Below are positions 1 through 13,790 of a DNA stretch of 64,000 nucleotides, one piece after another. Within the stretch, counting starts at the first letter, position 1; each line of letters begins with the position of its first letter. The notes beneath the pieces were generated by a model. It was given only the letters and a program-made list of their open reading frames with translations, was not told the origin of the DNA and ran no database searches. The DNA is from Octopus vulgaris (lineage: Eukaryota): the NCBI GenBank assembly GCA_951406725.2, contig OX597816.1:81902001-81966000 (forward strand), written 5' to 3'. The position numbers and the translations under genes were made by a program.

Positions 1-580
1 TTAGCCTTTACTATTTTCCTTAGCCTCACTCATCTCACCACCCTTTGTCTTTATCACACATTTTCCTCAAGAACTGTAATCTTTTAAAAATATTGTGTGT
101 TTATATTTAGATTTGGATTGATAAGCATAAACCTAATGTATAGTAGAGGTATGTTTACAGTGTACTAAAGGCATGGATAAAAGGAAGGATGTTATCTTCT
201 AAGTTTCACCAAACTGATGCCAACAGTTATAATGTATAATTGTCTCTACACTAAAACAATGTCTATTGTATGTCTGTTTTATGCTGGACTGTTAGCAATA
301 TTGACATGACTTGTAGTATTATCAGTTGTGTTCCTGGATAAGGTGTGTCCATCTGTTTATTTTAGTTACATACTTTACAGTGAAGTAGCTAACACTAAGC
401 AGGATATCCTGATGTAAAACAATTGCTTCAGTAAAGAATAAGTACATTTTTCTAAAGCATCACTATCATGTTTATATTGATAAATAAAGAAAAAGTAACG
501 AAAACAAATAAGGTATTCAAATTTAATCTGGCAAGATGACAAAATAGGAGGAGAAGGAGTTTAAACAAATGCTATTATAG

Positions 581-970
581 TTCTTTTATTCTTTTATTTG
601 TTTCAGTCATTTGACTGCGGCCATGCTGGAACACTGCCTTTAGTCAAACAAATTGACCCCAGGACTTATTCTTTGTAAGCCTAGTACTTATTCTATCGGT
701 CTCTATTGCTGAGCCTCTAAGTTATAGGGATGTTGACACACTATCATCAGTTGTCAAGCGATGGTGAGGGGATAAACACAGACACACACACACACACACA
801 TATGTACGATGGGCTTCTTTCAGTTTTTGTCTACCAAATCCACTCACAAAGCTTTGGTCAGCCCAAGGCTATAGTAGAAGACACTTGTACAAGGTGCTAT
901 GCAGTGGAACTGAACCCAGAACCATGTGGTTGGTAAGCAAGCTACTTATGACACTTCCACTCCTATGCCT
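581..970 (-). mobile_element. tRNA-derived SINE (family A)
   Basis: tRNA-like head with GGTTCAGTTCC B-box on the minus strand; body shared with the 12188, 27260 and 54900 copies. Confidence 0.85.
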
Positions 971-1990
971 GTTGAAATTATTTTGTTTTCTCTCTCAAAT
1001 GAAGAGTTAGTTCATATCAGATTCCTTTTCTCCTCATGCCATACATATCCAAACTACTATAGTAGAATGAAGTGACTTTGTGCCCTTAATACTTTGGTCT
1101 GTAGTCACATCATTTTCAGTTCAACCCCACTGCATGGCACTTTGGGTGGTAGTCTTATATCATAGCTTTGTGTTCACCCATATTTTGCATGGTAAGTTAG
1201 GTTGACAGAGACTGTAGAAGCCTGTCAGATGGATTGTACCTGTGCATGGATGGTAGAACTAATACATCATCTAATTTAACATTATCATCATTCTACTGCA
1301 GGTTCTTGAATCAAGTCACTAGTTATAGGATACCCTCCCCCACCTTTCCCTCTTGCCTCAGTGTTGAGTGGTGGGTGAGGGTGGCCTTGCAAAAATAATG
1401 GGCACTGCCTCTCTTATGGGATGCATTGTAATTTCTTGACATATTAGTCAATGGAATTATTGGAAGCAGTACAGCCAGATAGACTTCATTCTCACCAGGA
1501 CACTGGATAGACAGACATGATTGCTGTTGTGAATTATAATATCCTATCATTAATTCCTTTCTACAATAGTAAATAATAGATAGAAATATAGATATCTTAT
1601 TTTGTATTGAGTACAAAAATGCAGCATAGTGTTGAATGACATTGATAGATGGATACTGTCTTTACCTAATAATAAAGCAATGCATCTTAATTGTTGGCCA
1701 CCTGTGATTAATGGATTAGACGGCGAGCAGAATAAAGTTTGAATAAAAGCCTTCTTTGAACTGGTTTATGACAATTTTGAATATACAGTCTTTTCCTGGT
1801 GAAGAATGGAAGATAAATGCTGTGTCAGTGGGAAAAATATAATTTGTTGTAGATATAATATTTATTGGTAAGACAGGTGACTAATAAACTATGGAACAAA
1901 ATCAAAGACATAAGCTAAGGTAGACACAAGCATATATATTATTTATATTATTTGTGAGACAATTGACTGCAAAATAAATATTTTAAATTT

Positions 1991-2041
<51 letters not shown>

Positions 2042-2848
2042 ATATATATATATGGGTTTTGCTAGTTTAACAATAATGAGCATTTTATATATGTTATTGA
2101 TAAGTTTTGTTTTAGAATTCACAGCTTAATAAGTATGCTGTCATTCAATGGGATTGTGGGATTAAGTCCAAACATATGAACTTTAATCTAATATGAAATT
2201 AAGGATCTAGTGCAATGTATGATCCTTTGTTAAAGTATTACCAAAATAGTTGTACTGTAGCAGAATAGTATTATAGATAGATTTTAACTTTGATTTTCTT
2301 CCATACTTAAGATACTTTAAAGCATTATATACATCATTCTTTCAAGCATTTTTGTTTGTTTTAATTACACAGTCACAAGGAAAGGGAAAAGAAAATTAAA
2401 CCAGTATTTTTTCATGGACACTTGTATGTAGCTGTTTCTGCATATGTTAAAGCACATTTGAAAATAGATAAAAGATAGAAGTAGCGGCAAGTATATAAGA
2501 AAGCTGTTCTCTTTTAAGTATTACATATGTGAACTTTACTCCATCTCAAGAATCAAACACTTCAGAGAAAATACAATTTCAAAAGGAATAATGTATTCCA
2601 TACAACTCTATGCACTTCCAATAATCTTATTGTTTTTAAAATAACCATAGAATTTCCATGAGTATTGCTAGTTTAACAATAATGAGCATTTTAATTAATA
2701 TTCCTGTACTTTATTACCCTGTCATCGCTATTATTTTTCTTGTATTATATAATTTAAGTTATATAAGTTAATCTTTTTGTTGTTGATTTCTATATTTCTA
2801 TATTTTGAGAATTTTCCTTAACATTTTCCTTATTTTCATCTCTTCTAG

Positions 2849-2908
2849 AAACTCAATGAATACAAAAGTACACATGAATCAGAAATAAAGAAAACGAGGC
2901 GAAAACTT
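2849..2908 (+). CDS. GEMIN2: Gemin2 (SIP1) internal coding exon; upstream exons lie outside the window
   Basis: ttctag acceptor and gtaagt donor; 60 nt, phase 0, KLNEYKSTHESEIKKTRRKL; matches the position of the 20-aa segment preceding PKSEDEEGW in human Gemin2. Confidence 0.75.
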
Positions 2909-3032
2909 GTAAGTTCTTGAGAATATTTAGTTTTGCAAAAATATTTTTTTATCCAGCGTGGAAGATGTTTGTAAGCCATTTAAGAACACACAAAAAACTG
3001 ATAGATTCACTTCAACATTTAAATTTAATTTG

Positions 3033-3079
3033 TGTCAAAATATTTTCATCACTTTGAAACTGCGACCTGTTCACTGACA
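3033..3079 (-). ncRNA. Hammerhead-like motif, G3-C8 core variant
   Basis: minus strand: TGTCA GTGAACA G GTCGC agtttcaaa GTGAT GAAA ATAT TT TGACA. Confidence 0.55.
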
Positions 3080-4624
3080 AAAGTTTGTGCTGCATCAATT
3101 TCAATGTTGAAGTGAATCTAACAGTTTTTTGTGTGTTCTTAAATGGCTTACAAACCATCTTCCACACTGCAATTGTTTTTGTTTCAACACACAATCTCAG
3201 ATCAAGTCACTTGCTATGCAAGTACATCTCCGTAATATTTTTATCCATTTTAAAGGAATAAAGAATAACTTGAGGCATGGTTATTACCAACTAAAATCTA
3301 TTTTATTAACGTTTTGTAGATGAAACCTATTGATTCCTCTATATTAGTATATATGTTCTTTTTTTTATCTTGTGAAAAAGTTGCTCTAAAGTTTTTTACA
3401 AGATAAAAAAAGAAATTGCATGTTATTGTTTAAAATTTAGTAAATAACTAGCAGAATCTCAAAATATGTATACAAAGAAAAGTATGTATATCATTAAAAG
3501 GAAAACCATGAATACCAAAAGTTTAATTGCTTCATCCTTTAAAGTCTATGTGGCTGATCACCCATTAATTTATGTTTAGTCACTGATTTTTATTGTGCTG
3601 AAATGTGGGGAAGTTATTGCAATAAAATGTTGAGCTCTATAAAATATAGGTAAACTAGCTGCAAGCTAAGTCTGTTTCATTGTTAGTTGTAATTATTTCA
3701 CAACATTTGTATTGCTAATGTCCTTGAGAAAGGCATGAACATTGCACAATCTCATTTTTGCTCAAATGTAAACCTGAGGCCATATGCTTCATTCAGTATT
3801 TGGAAATAGTAATGAATTGAACACAGAAGTCTCACCATTTCTCTCCTGAAGTTGGTAAAATTAATCCCATATTAATGGACACTATTAAATATATTTGATA
3901 AGGTACTGAGCTGACAGAATTGATAGCATGCCTGGCAAAATGCTTTGCAGCATTTTGTCCAGCTTTTGGTTCTGAGTTCAAATTCCACTGAGATTGACTT
4001 TTGCTTTTCATCCTTCTGGGGTTGATAAAATAAGTACCAGTCATGAATTGGGGTCAATGTAATCGATTTACCCCTCCCCCAAACTTGCTGGCCATGTGCT
4101 AAAATGTGAAACCAATGTGACTATATTTAATAATGCTTAATGCATGATTTCTACTTACTTCATCTGTATGTGAAAAGTTATATTCCTGATATAAATAAAA
4201 TAATTCTTGATATTTGTACAAAAATATTACTTTGATGAACAACATTTTCTTACTTCCAGATGGTTTATTTTGAAGTATCTTGTCTTTGCCTGCTCTTTTA
4301 TATGCACATATTGCATTTCAGAAGTTTCATACCCTTCACTTCATACAGTGGTAGATGGAAGTGTATTTTGGTGTATGATGTATTTTTAAATCAAAGGGAA
4401 GGTCATTTTTGTGGTATCTAGACATAACAGGGATTCAAGAGAGGGATTTCAAAATAGTGTTCTGTATCATTATTTAGCATCATCAGAAGAAAATAATAGA
4501 ATCAATGGCTTGTCTGCTAAAAACCTAATTTATCTCTAAAAGGCAATTTGTCTTTTGACTAAACCATAACACAGCAATTTATCTCATCATCTTTTCTCAG
4601 ACATGGAACACATCTGGATATAGA

Positions 4625-5945
4625 TCAAGCAGTAACAGTTAAATCATACAATTTTAAAAAGTTTTCCTTTTTCCCTCCTTTTTTCCTTTTAGCATGGTTT
4701 TTTTTTAAAGCTATTTCTTTTTGACAGTTCATCAAGGGTTTCAAATCTTCGTACTCCATGACTGATGGTAAATTGTCAAATTCTATTTCAACACCTAAAG
4801 GCTCTATATTACCTCTGAACAGTTCTTTTAGTTTACTATATCTTTCTTTATTGATTATTATTCCTTTGATGTGTTCTGGATATTTCTCTGGTGGCAACTT
4901 AACTCTCATAACAGATTTGTATTTTGTGATCTTCCGTTCGATTGCAGTACTCTTGACATATGTGACCATATGCCATTTGTTCTTTCTCTTTTTTACATTT
5001 GTTTGTTTCAGCGACGGATGAGCAAGTCATTCCTCTTGGTCCCTCTGTTGGTGCGCTAAAAAATCCTCAATGGCTATGTCCTCCACTACGTGTTACAATA
5101 ATGTTTCTGCTTCCATGTTATCTTCTATTGTTGGTACTGCCTGTGCATCGAACTAGTTCCTTGTCTCCATCATCCTTTTCTGGATCTCTAGTGGAGAGCT
5201 CACACACTCTTTCCTTTTCCTCGTATTCATGACAGTGAATGAGTCTTCTTTGTCTGTCTCTCCTTCCGGCACTGCCACTTTGGCACTCTGTCCTTCACAC
5301 TGTTGCTTCTGCTCCTCCTCTTTTTCTTTCTGGAGGCACCTTGCTTTCATGTGCCCCTTTTGACCGCATAAGAAACTTGTTAGTGGTCTGCCTTCTACCA
5401 CCACTCTTAGCCTAACATCTTCCAGTAGAATAATCTCCTCTGTGATCTCATGCAAGTCTTTGAGGCTCATTTGTATGGCCATCTCGAGGCCATACCCCAA
5501 CCAATTAACCTTTTTGGTTCTAGTAATCTTCAAGATTTTAGCTTCATCTTCCATTCTGTGCATGACCGCTGCCATGAGAGCACTCTGCTGATTGTTACTC
5601 TGGTGATGCATTTGTCACAGTATGTTGACAGAAGTACCCAGTCGTTATCAGCACAGTGGAGTGGATTATTGTGTTCTCTTCATTGGCAAACCTTACCCCC
5701 ACTGTGCCGTACTTCCTTCCACACGTATAAAAGGTGGTAAGCCTCCTTATGTCTTCGAGGCATTCCTCCATTGCCTCAATTTTTGCAATCTCTATCCCTT
5801 TAGAGAACATGGATAGCGTTCTGTATACCACCCTCCTCTTTGCCACATTATTAGTCAATTCCTCCAGTGGGGTCAGCCTCAAACTGGCTCCTTCGTTTTC
5901 TATCAATTTACTGCCCTCCTTCCACTTTCTGGGCTTCATCTTGAT
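4625..5945 (-). mobile_element. Decayed non-LTR element: ORF1-like with zinc-knuckle remnant plus a downstream ORF fragment
   Basis: VVVEGRPLTSFLCGQKGHMKARC; a similar remnant RLVVQNRQPYCY occurs near 49150 (+). Confidence 0.55.
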
Positions 5946-7011
5946 ATCTTGTCTTCAAAAATATAATTAAAAAAAATGTGAGTAGGAGCATCAGGTTGTA
6001 CTGTCCATGAATTTCAGGAAGCATGGAAGTTTTGAAAGATGTAATGTCTTGACAGCCAACAACTGATACAGGTAATTTATTCCATGCTTCAGCAATTCTG
6101 AATAAATTCTGAATTATGTGCAATAAATTGGTCATACTTCCACAAATCACCAAATATTTTAGCATTTATTAAATACAATCCCTAATATTATTTAATTATA
6201 AAAATATAATAAAAGTTTTTTAGACATTGAATAGTTATAAGGGTCCATCCAAGTAAAATAGGAATGAAAGGGGCCCATAGGTAAAAGATGGTTGAGAACC
6301 ACTGCTTTAAATGATGTGTGCTTATAATATGTGGTTCATTTGTATTTTTTTGGTGTAAGGGGACATTGAAGCTTGAGACCTTGTCGATTTTCTCCTCAGT
6401 AAATGATATATCACCAGAACAAAGAGTCTGACAAGAATACAAGCTCTTGTTCATAGGAATCAACAAACAAATTATTTGCTGATGTGTAAACATGCTCCAA
6501 TCAGATTCATCCATGGTGTGGTTGCTTTGACTGAGGAGACACAAAGCTGAAACTTCATGGTGACTCAAATTCCTCTTGCATCAATGAAGTGATTAATTGC
6601 ATGTGTAATAAATACACATCAGAAGTGAGGAGGTATTGTCTGATGATGAACAAACAACAGCAATCAAATATACGTCTTCAAATCTACAAGAATGAATTAA
6701 TAATGAATAAATACATTATTAACATTAGTTTCAAATTTCGACACAAGGCCATCAATTTTGATTATATCAACCCCAGTTCTCAGCTGGTACTTATTTTATT
6801 GATCCTGAAAAGATGAAAGGATATAGTCTCCCATGGCAGAATTTGAACTCAGATACATTGTTAATATTTTTAACTGTTTTACATTAATTTTTCCTTGTTT
6901 GCATGGTTTATTGCTACACTTTTAGTCATGGATGGGTGAGTTTCTTACACAACACATTGTGAGATTGTTTAATTTCACTTCCTTAATTATATATATTCTA
7001 TTTTATTGCAG

Positions 7012-7143
7012 CCTTTAGCGTCTGAAGTTGAAGAATGGTTTAAACTATGTTTTGGAAAGTTGAAAACCCTCACACCAGATGAGTCTAACGCGCTAGAAGG
7101 TGGTTGTCTTCCTTTGCTCAGTTTGGTTGCTGTTATGGAGCAG
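7012..7143 (+). CDS. GEMIN2: Gemin2 coding exon
   Basis: ttgcag...CAG/gtaaga; PLASEVEEWFKLCFG...LPLLSLVAVMEQ resembles Gemin2 PKSEDEEGWKKFCLG...PPLLSIVSRMNQ. Confidence 0.9.
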
Positions 7144-7888
7144 GTAAGACTCTTTTCCGAGCATTTTCTTTGTATTGCACTTGTGCATTTACTTCTTTGT
7201 TGTAGACTCTGTATATTTATTGTTTTAAGAAGCTTGCATCAACCTGAAGATAATATGGAAGACATTTGCCTAAGGTGCCATAGTGGGATCAGTTTGCAAT
7301 CACAGAATCATGTGACTGCAAATTGAAATGATGCATGAAGATATGGATATGGAAGAAGGTCAAAAAATGCTTGGAGCAATGTCCCTCCAAAAAATAAGTG
7401 AGATTTGGAATTTGTCTAAGTATTATGAAGAAACAATGAAAGCATGCCAGAAAAGGTCTCACAACTTAACATTAGGTTCATGCCTTTGTCATTTCATGCA
7501 GAAGACATGGCTGAATGGTTAAGAAGCTTGGTTTATACCATGTGGTTTTAGGTTTGATTCCACTTGGGTATCTTCTTCTATAGCCCAAGATTGACCAGTG
7601 CCCTGTGAGTGAAATTTGGTTGACAGAAAGGATATAGAAGCCTGTTGTGTGTGTTTATTATTTGGGTCCTCAATGTTTAGTGTCCACATCATATTCTTGT
7701 GAGATTCATTGGTCCAGTGGAGCAGCTTTGACCGAGGAAATACTCAACCTGGTTGAAATACCATAGTGTCTCAAAGTCCTCTTAAACTGGTGAACTAGTG
7801 TATCATCTGTGTTTTGAACGCACACTATCTGAAAAGATGGAAGTATTCTCCACTGGCAAACAAATTTATTTATGTTTACACACACACA

Positions 7889-7935
<47 letters not shown>

Positions 7936-8178
7936 ATGTAACCATCATTATTGTTTTATGTCCACTTTCCAGGCATGGGTTAGGTGGGTTGCCATGGTCA
8001 GAGTTAGCATGTATTTGAGGGGTACTGCTCATCTAGATGGGTCAGGTGACCTCACTTTGCTTGTAATTAAGCTTTGGCTTGATTTCTTTGATTGGATGCC
8101 AAAAATGAAAGACAAGGGAGATAAGTTTCTCTGACTTGTCATGTACACTAACACAAGTGCACATATAGTCATTCATAC

Positions 8179-8255
<77 letters not shown>

Positions 8256-8832
8256 CATGCATATCATCATCATCATTAAATGTCCACCTTAAATGATGAT
8301 ATATAGCAGTTACCTGCTCTTCACTCTGGTCTGTACTGTATTCAAATGTATTCATATGGCATCTATCGTAATGCCCATGTGTCAGATTCAAAATATCCAC
8401 ATGACGTCTACTGACCAGCCTGAACAATAAGAATTTTCAACAACGCTATTTTCGAAAACTCCATACACCACCCACACCAGCATTCATTCTAAACATTCAC
8501 ATGACCTCTCTATTATGACCACATTCACGTGACCTCTTTATTATGACCAATAAGAAATTTTAGGAGCGAAACTAACCAAATTTTAACATCTCTGGAGCCT
8601 ATTTTCTTACCCCAACACCAACTTCCATTCAAACATTCACGTGACCCCTTCATAATGACCAATCAAAATTGTATTGACCATTGTCCATAAGAAATTTTAG
8701 GCGCGAAACCAAGCAAATCTTAAACAACTCTGGAGCCTCTTTTTTCACATATAAGAGACAGCAAACCCAACATAAAGTCAGATAAGAGAAAAAAATCTAT
8801 CAGAAAGGAACTCTATCTCTCTTAAAAAAATA

Positions 8833-8872
8833 TCTTTTGATAAGCATAACAAATGCGCAACCGGTAAAAAGA
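8833..8872 (+). ncRNA. Degenerate hammerhead motif (U3-A8; GAAA>GCAA)
   Basis: TCTT TTGATAA GCAT aacaa ATGC GCAA CCGG TA AAAAGA. Confidence 0.45.
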
Positions 8873-9149
8873 ACTTTCACCTAATTAAATACACTCTCCC
8901 TTACTTAAATTATTTTGTCAGCATTTTCTTCATTTCCTTTTTTTACATATCACAACTCGTGTTCCACATCTCCTTTTTTAAATATATATATATATATATA
9001 TATATTTAAAAAAGGAGATGTGGAACACGAGTTGTGATATATAAAAAAAGGAAATGCTTCCCAATACAGGCACAAGGCCAGCAGAACTATAAATTGTTGT
9101 ATTTGGGGATGTTGCCAGTTTAGCCATTAAAAACACACGTACTATATAT

Positions 9150-9878
9150 TTGGTGTAATTATTTGTATCTAAAGCGTCACCTTTTCTTTTGTAGCAGTTG
9201 ACTATAGTGTTGCTACACCAGTCATTGGGTATGACTCCTTCGTGTATCACCTGGTTAACTATACAGGTGACTAGGCTATAGCCAACACTGCCAGATATTT
9301 TGAGCATCTCTGCAGTGATTCCTGATGGGCCGGTGGCTTTCCCTGTCTTCATACTCTTAATTGCTTTAGCTACCAAGGTACTGTCAACTCGGATAGCAGG
9401 TCCCTCTGTTGGGTCAACATTCGGCAGACTCTCTTTCTCCCATTCATTTTCTTTATTTAGCAGGCTTTCATAGTGACGTCTCGAAACCTCTCTCTCTCTG
9501 CAGCCTCGTCTAGTGCAAGTGAACCATTATCCATGTGAACACATTCTCTCTCACACACTGTCTTGCAACATGAAATACCTCAAGTCTTTGGTCCTCATGG
9601 CGCTGAACATTGGCAACTATTTTCTTATCTGCTTCCCCTTTGGCTAAATGAACCTGCCTCCTAGCTTCCCTTCTGTCAGTCTGATACAATTCCCTGCTAC
9701 CACCGTTCTTCCAGTCCTTCCAAGCTTGTTTCTTTTCTCTAATAGCCCTGTCAACAACATTGTTCCACCACCATGTTATTTTGGGTCGAGAGGGGGCTTT
9801 GCACCATCCACAGATCTGGTCAGTGGCCCTCAACAGGTTGTCCTGTAGAAACCTCCAGTTGTCTTCTACATTGTGATC

Positions 9879-9925
<47 letters not shown>

Positions 9926-10110
9926 CTCTATAAAGAAGTGCCAATCTCTCAAAGTAGATGAAACACATGGAAGTGGGAGACCCAGGAAAACATGGAATGA
10001 AGTACTGAAGAACAGCTTCAGGATAACGAAGCCTTTCAGGCAAAATGACAAAGGACCGAGATGCCTGACCCCCTGCTGTACTCAGAAAGACCTGTACTCT
10101 GCAGCAGAAA
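9150..10110. mobile_element. RTE LINE fragments in opposite orientations on either side of a (TA)n tract
   Basis: minus: AIKSMKTGKATGPSGI, TWWWN; plus: GRPRKTW. Confidence 0.8.
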
Positions 10111-10228
10111 TGTATATTGTTCAGCGAGCATGTGTGTGTACTGTATGATCTAATAGAGGTATATGTAAATGCATGTACTTGTAAGTTTTCAAAGGGGTAG
10201 TGTATGGGTGTGGAGGAAAGTGAATTAA

Positions 10229-10448
10229 CCTTTTAATGTTTAGATTACTCTGTTAAATGTAATGTTTTTTTACTCAAATTGTTTTGAATTAATCATGCAT
10301 TATCTTATAGCTTTGAGGTTTCAATGATGTTATTGTTTATTTTTAGAATGTCTATGTAGGTTAGGTGTGAGAGGCTAGATATTGCCAGTTTGAATATAAA
10401 ACATGTAGAATATTTGGGCCAGATATGGCCGGTTTAAACACTAAAGGG
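10229..10448. mobile_element. piggyBac-type MITE of the same family (another decayed copy at about 12860-13074)
   Basis: TTAA flanks; CCTTTTA...TAAAGGG termini. Confidence 0.8.
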
Positions 10449-10766
10449 TTAAGAGAATTTTTAGGGTATAAAAGGTAAGGAAATATAAAAATAGATAGAA
10501 AATAAGGAGTTATAGGTAATATATTGGTGGTTGTGAGGGTAAATAAAGGGGAATATTTATGAGGGCAAGGGGAAATTAGAGAATGATGTGGGGGTGAGGT
10601 GGGTGGGATTGTTATTTGTAGTTTGAGAATAGGTTCTAATTAGCCTATAATTGAGCCGGGTCTTAGTTTAACATGTATGCAAAGTTCCGTGAAGATTAGT
10701 TTGCTGCTATAAGCAGCAAGATGGTAACAGGCAGACAGACAAAAATTGTCATTTATATATAAGATA

Positions 10767-11281
10767 TCTCTCTCTATATAAACGGCAGTTTGTCTGTCTG
10801 TGTGTCTGTCAGGTTGTACCCTCACCCTGACCACGGCTTTCAACCGATTCTGATGAAACTTAACTCACACATAGCCCAATGTCATAATTCAAAACTAACG
10901 CAGCGAAAATCTTGAAAAGTTCCCCCAGTTCTGAAAAAAAGTGATAAATTCGACATGGGTTCGAGAATCTAAGCTTTTTATTTGCAACACATTTTCTGTT
11001 GTAGTTTTCGCAACTTGCAATCGATTTTCACCAAACTCATGGTGAAGCTTAATGTTACCCTAAGAAACTTAATTCTGACATTAGTTTTCCATGCAATACT
11101 TTACCATCAGAAAAAATCGATAAAATCATGCCATTTTGGGAAATCGCGTTCAAATTCAAGATGACATATTTTCGACAATATCTTTCACAAATTGGCAGGA
11201 ATTTTTTTGAAATTCACAGCGAGCATCATGTCTACTCCAGGGGCTCTTACATACCCGGGCAATGCCGGGCTATGCTGCTAG
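10767..11281 (+). mobile_element. Non-autonomous Helitron, with a related 5'-end fragment head-to-head at about 10636-10766 (-)
   Basis: TC..TATATAAA start; 3' CCCGGGCAATGCCGGG hairpin followed by CTAG|T. Confidence 0.7.
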
Positions 11282-11432
11282 TGTATATATATGGTTCAAA
11301 TGTACAGAAAACAAAAGACAAAGACAGGTGAAGGAACAACAAGCAGGTGTATTAGTTGGAAGTTCAGGATGAGTGGAAAAGTCTTTGATGTTTTGAACCT
11401 ATGCACTTCAATAGAAAGGGATGAGAAGTAAA

Positions 11433-11463
<31 letters not shown>

Positions 11464-12076
11464 AAATGTGTTGGGATTAACAGTTTCATCAGATGAAAAG
11501 GCTAGTTGTCTAAAATAATGTAATAATTGATAATCCTTAGTATGTACTTTTGCTAATTGGGAAAAAATGTACATATAATCATCATTCTTTTACATTTGCT
11601 TTTCCCTATTGACATAGGTTGGACAGTTTCCTAAGGCAATGTTTTAAGGTTGGATGTCCTTCCTGTTGTCAAGCCTTTTAGTTGTCAAGCCTTTTAGTTG
11701 TCTTTTATGACATGGAAGGATTCTGTGAGTCTATTCTAAAATTGGGATTGACTACAAAAATTTAGAGGGAATTTTGCTTACTATCTATTGTACTATAGGA
11801 GCACATTTTGAAGGCACTTCCTTTATATAGTGTAGTACAAGTCAACCTGGTAGAACCCACCCATCTTTAACAACAACCATGTGTAGAACCTGTTTTCAGT
11901 GTAGCAAACTGAGACAACCAGGTTCATGTACTTTAATGCAATGCTTGTAGGAGTGGTCACTGCGTCACATTAGCTTCATAACTTTTGTACTGTGTAATCT
12001 CATGATGTAAATGTTCCAGATATATTTTGGTATATCTCTAAAATGTCTCTAAGACGTTCATTCTACTCTTTTTCAG

Positions 12077-12145
12077 CACTGTATTGAACAACTTTTGAAT
12101 TACCATATGAACTGCTTTGAAAGCATTGGATTCACACACCACCAG
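12077..12145 (+). CDS. GEMIN2: Gemin2 coding exon
   Basis: ttttcag...CAG/gtaaat; 69 nt, HCIEQLLNYHMNCFESIGFTHHQ, in frame with both neighbours; corresponds to the VLEYLSNWF..FTPEL segment. Confidence 0.85.
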
Positions 12146-12187
12146 GTAAATATTAATAGTTCATTATTATCTAGTTGGACACTTTTA

Positions 12188-12535
12188 GGTGCAGGAGTGG
12201 CTGTGTGGTAAGTAGCTTGTTTACCAACCACATGGTTCCGGGTTCAGTCCCACAGCGTGGCACCTTGGGCAAGTGCCTTCTACTATAGCCTCAGGCCGAC
12301 CAATATATATATGCGTGTGTGTGTTTGTGTGTCTGTGTTTGTCCCCCTAGCATTGCTTGACAACCGATGCTGGTGTGTTTATGTCCCCGTTACTTAGCGG
12401 ATCGGCAAAAGAGACCGATAAAATTAAGTACTGGGCTTACAAAAGAATAAGTCCCGGGGTCGAGTTGCTCGATTAAAAGGCGGTGCTCCAGCATAGCCGC
12501 AGTCAGATGACTGAAACAAGTAAATGAGAAATGAG
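12188..12535 (+). mobile_element. tRNA-derived SINE (family A)
   Basis: GGAGTGGCTGTGTGGTAAG..GGTTCAGTCCC head; ends GACTGAAACAAGTAAA. Confidence 0.88.
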
Positions 12536-13790
12536 AGAATGAGTTTTTCATATACGTGAGACTATTGTTTGTATACATGTTATCCTTGGATACAGGCTTG
12601 TACCCTACATCCCTCTTCAGCTCATGGGTGCTGGTGCCATGTAAATGTGCCTGTGCCGGTGCTACATAAAAGCATCCAGTACACTATGTAAGGTGGTTGG
12701 TGTTAGGAAGGTCATCCAGCTGTAGAAATCATGCTAAAACAGACATGGAATCTAACCAGCTCCTGTCAAACTGTCCAACCCATGCCAGTATGGAAAATGG
12801 ATGTTAAATAATACTTATGAAATGATGATGATGCTAGTGCTAGTGCACTGTCTTAAGTCTGTAGCATTCAGATTACTCTGTTAAATGCAACACATATTTA
12901 TTCACATTGAATTAATCATGCATTATCTTGTAGCTTTGAGATTTCACTGATGTAATTATTTATGTTTTGAAGGACATTGTCAGGTAGGTGAAAGGCCAGA
13001 TGGGGCCAGTTTAAACATGGAACAGATGAAATATTTTGGACTGTATATGACTGGTTTAAATGCTAAAGGGTTAATGAAATCATGTTCGCACATCATCACC
13101 ATCACCATCATTTAACATCTGTTTTCCATGCTGGTATGGGTTGGACAGTTTGACAAGAGCTGACCAGCTGAAGGGTTGTTCAGGCTCCCTGTCTGTTTTG
13201 GCATGGTTTCTACTGCTGAATGCTGTTCCTAATACAAACCACTTTACAAAGTGTACTAGGTGCTTTTATGCAGTACTGGCATGGGTGCTTTTTATGTGAC
13301 ACCAGCACCTATGTGCTTACAAGATTGGGGTTGCTCAGCTGGCTTGGGTTGTAGGGGACAAGCCTGTATGCAAGGGCAGCCATGCTTTTACTTAACTTGA
13401 CATGTCTTTTCAAGTACAGCAAACTGCCAGGAGTCTTGGTTCCCTGTTATCCCCTTTGTGAGTCACCTTCAACAAGAGACCCTTTCCTATCAACATTTGG
13501 CATAAGTCACCTGCAATATCACACCCTCCTCAGCCAAGAGGTCTTGTTTTTGATTACTTGATGACCATAATAGTGACATAAAAAAGCACTCAGTACACTC
13601 TGTAAATGGTTAGCATTAGGAAGGGCACCCAACTGTAGAAGCCACAGAGTCCTTTGGCTTGTTGGATCCTATCAAATTATCTAACTCATGCCAGTATGGA
13701 ATATAGACACTAAGTGATGATGATAGTGTTTTTTTATACTTAATGCTTACTTTTTAAATTTATTTTATGACATATTTGTTTCTATTGCAG

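Noticed and set aside
7144-7522. Extension of ORF 7006-7326 and ORF 7328-7522 as coding sequence
   Set aside because: Gemin2 similarity ends at the strong donor at 7143; the remainder is intronic.
11375-11420. Possible hammerhead remnant on the minus strand (TTGAAGT..AAAACATC)
   Set aside because: Too many core mismatches to support from this copy.
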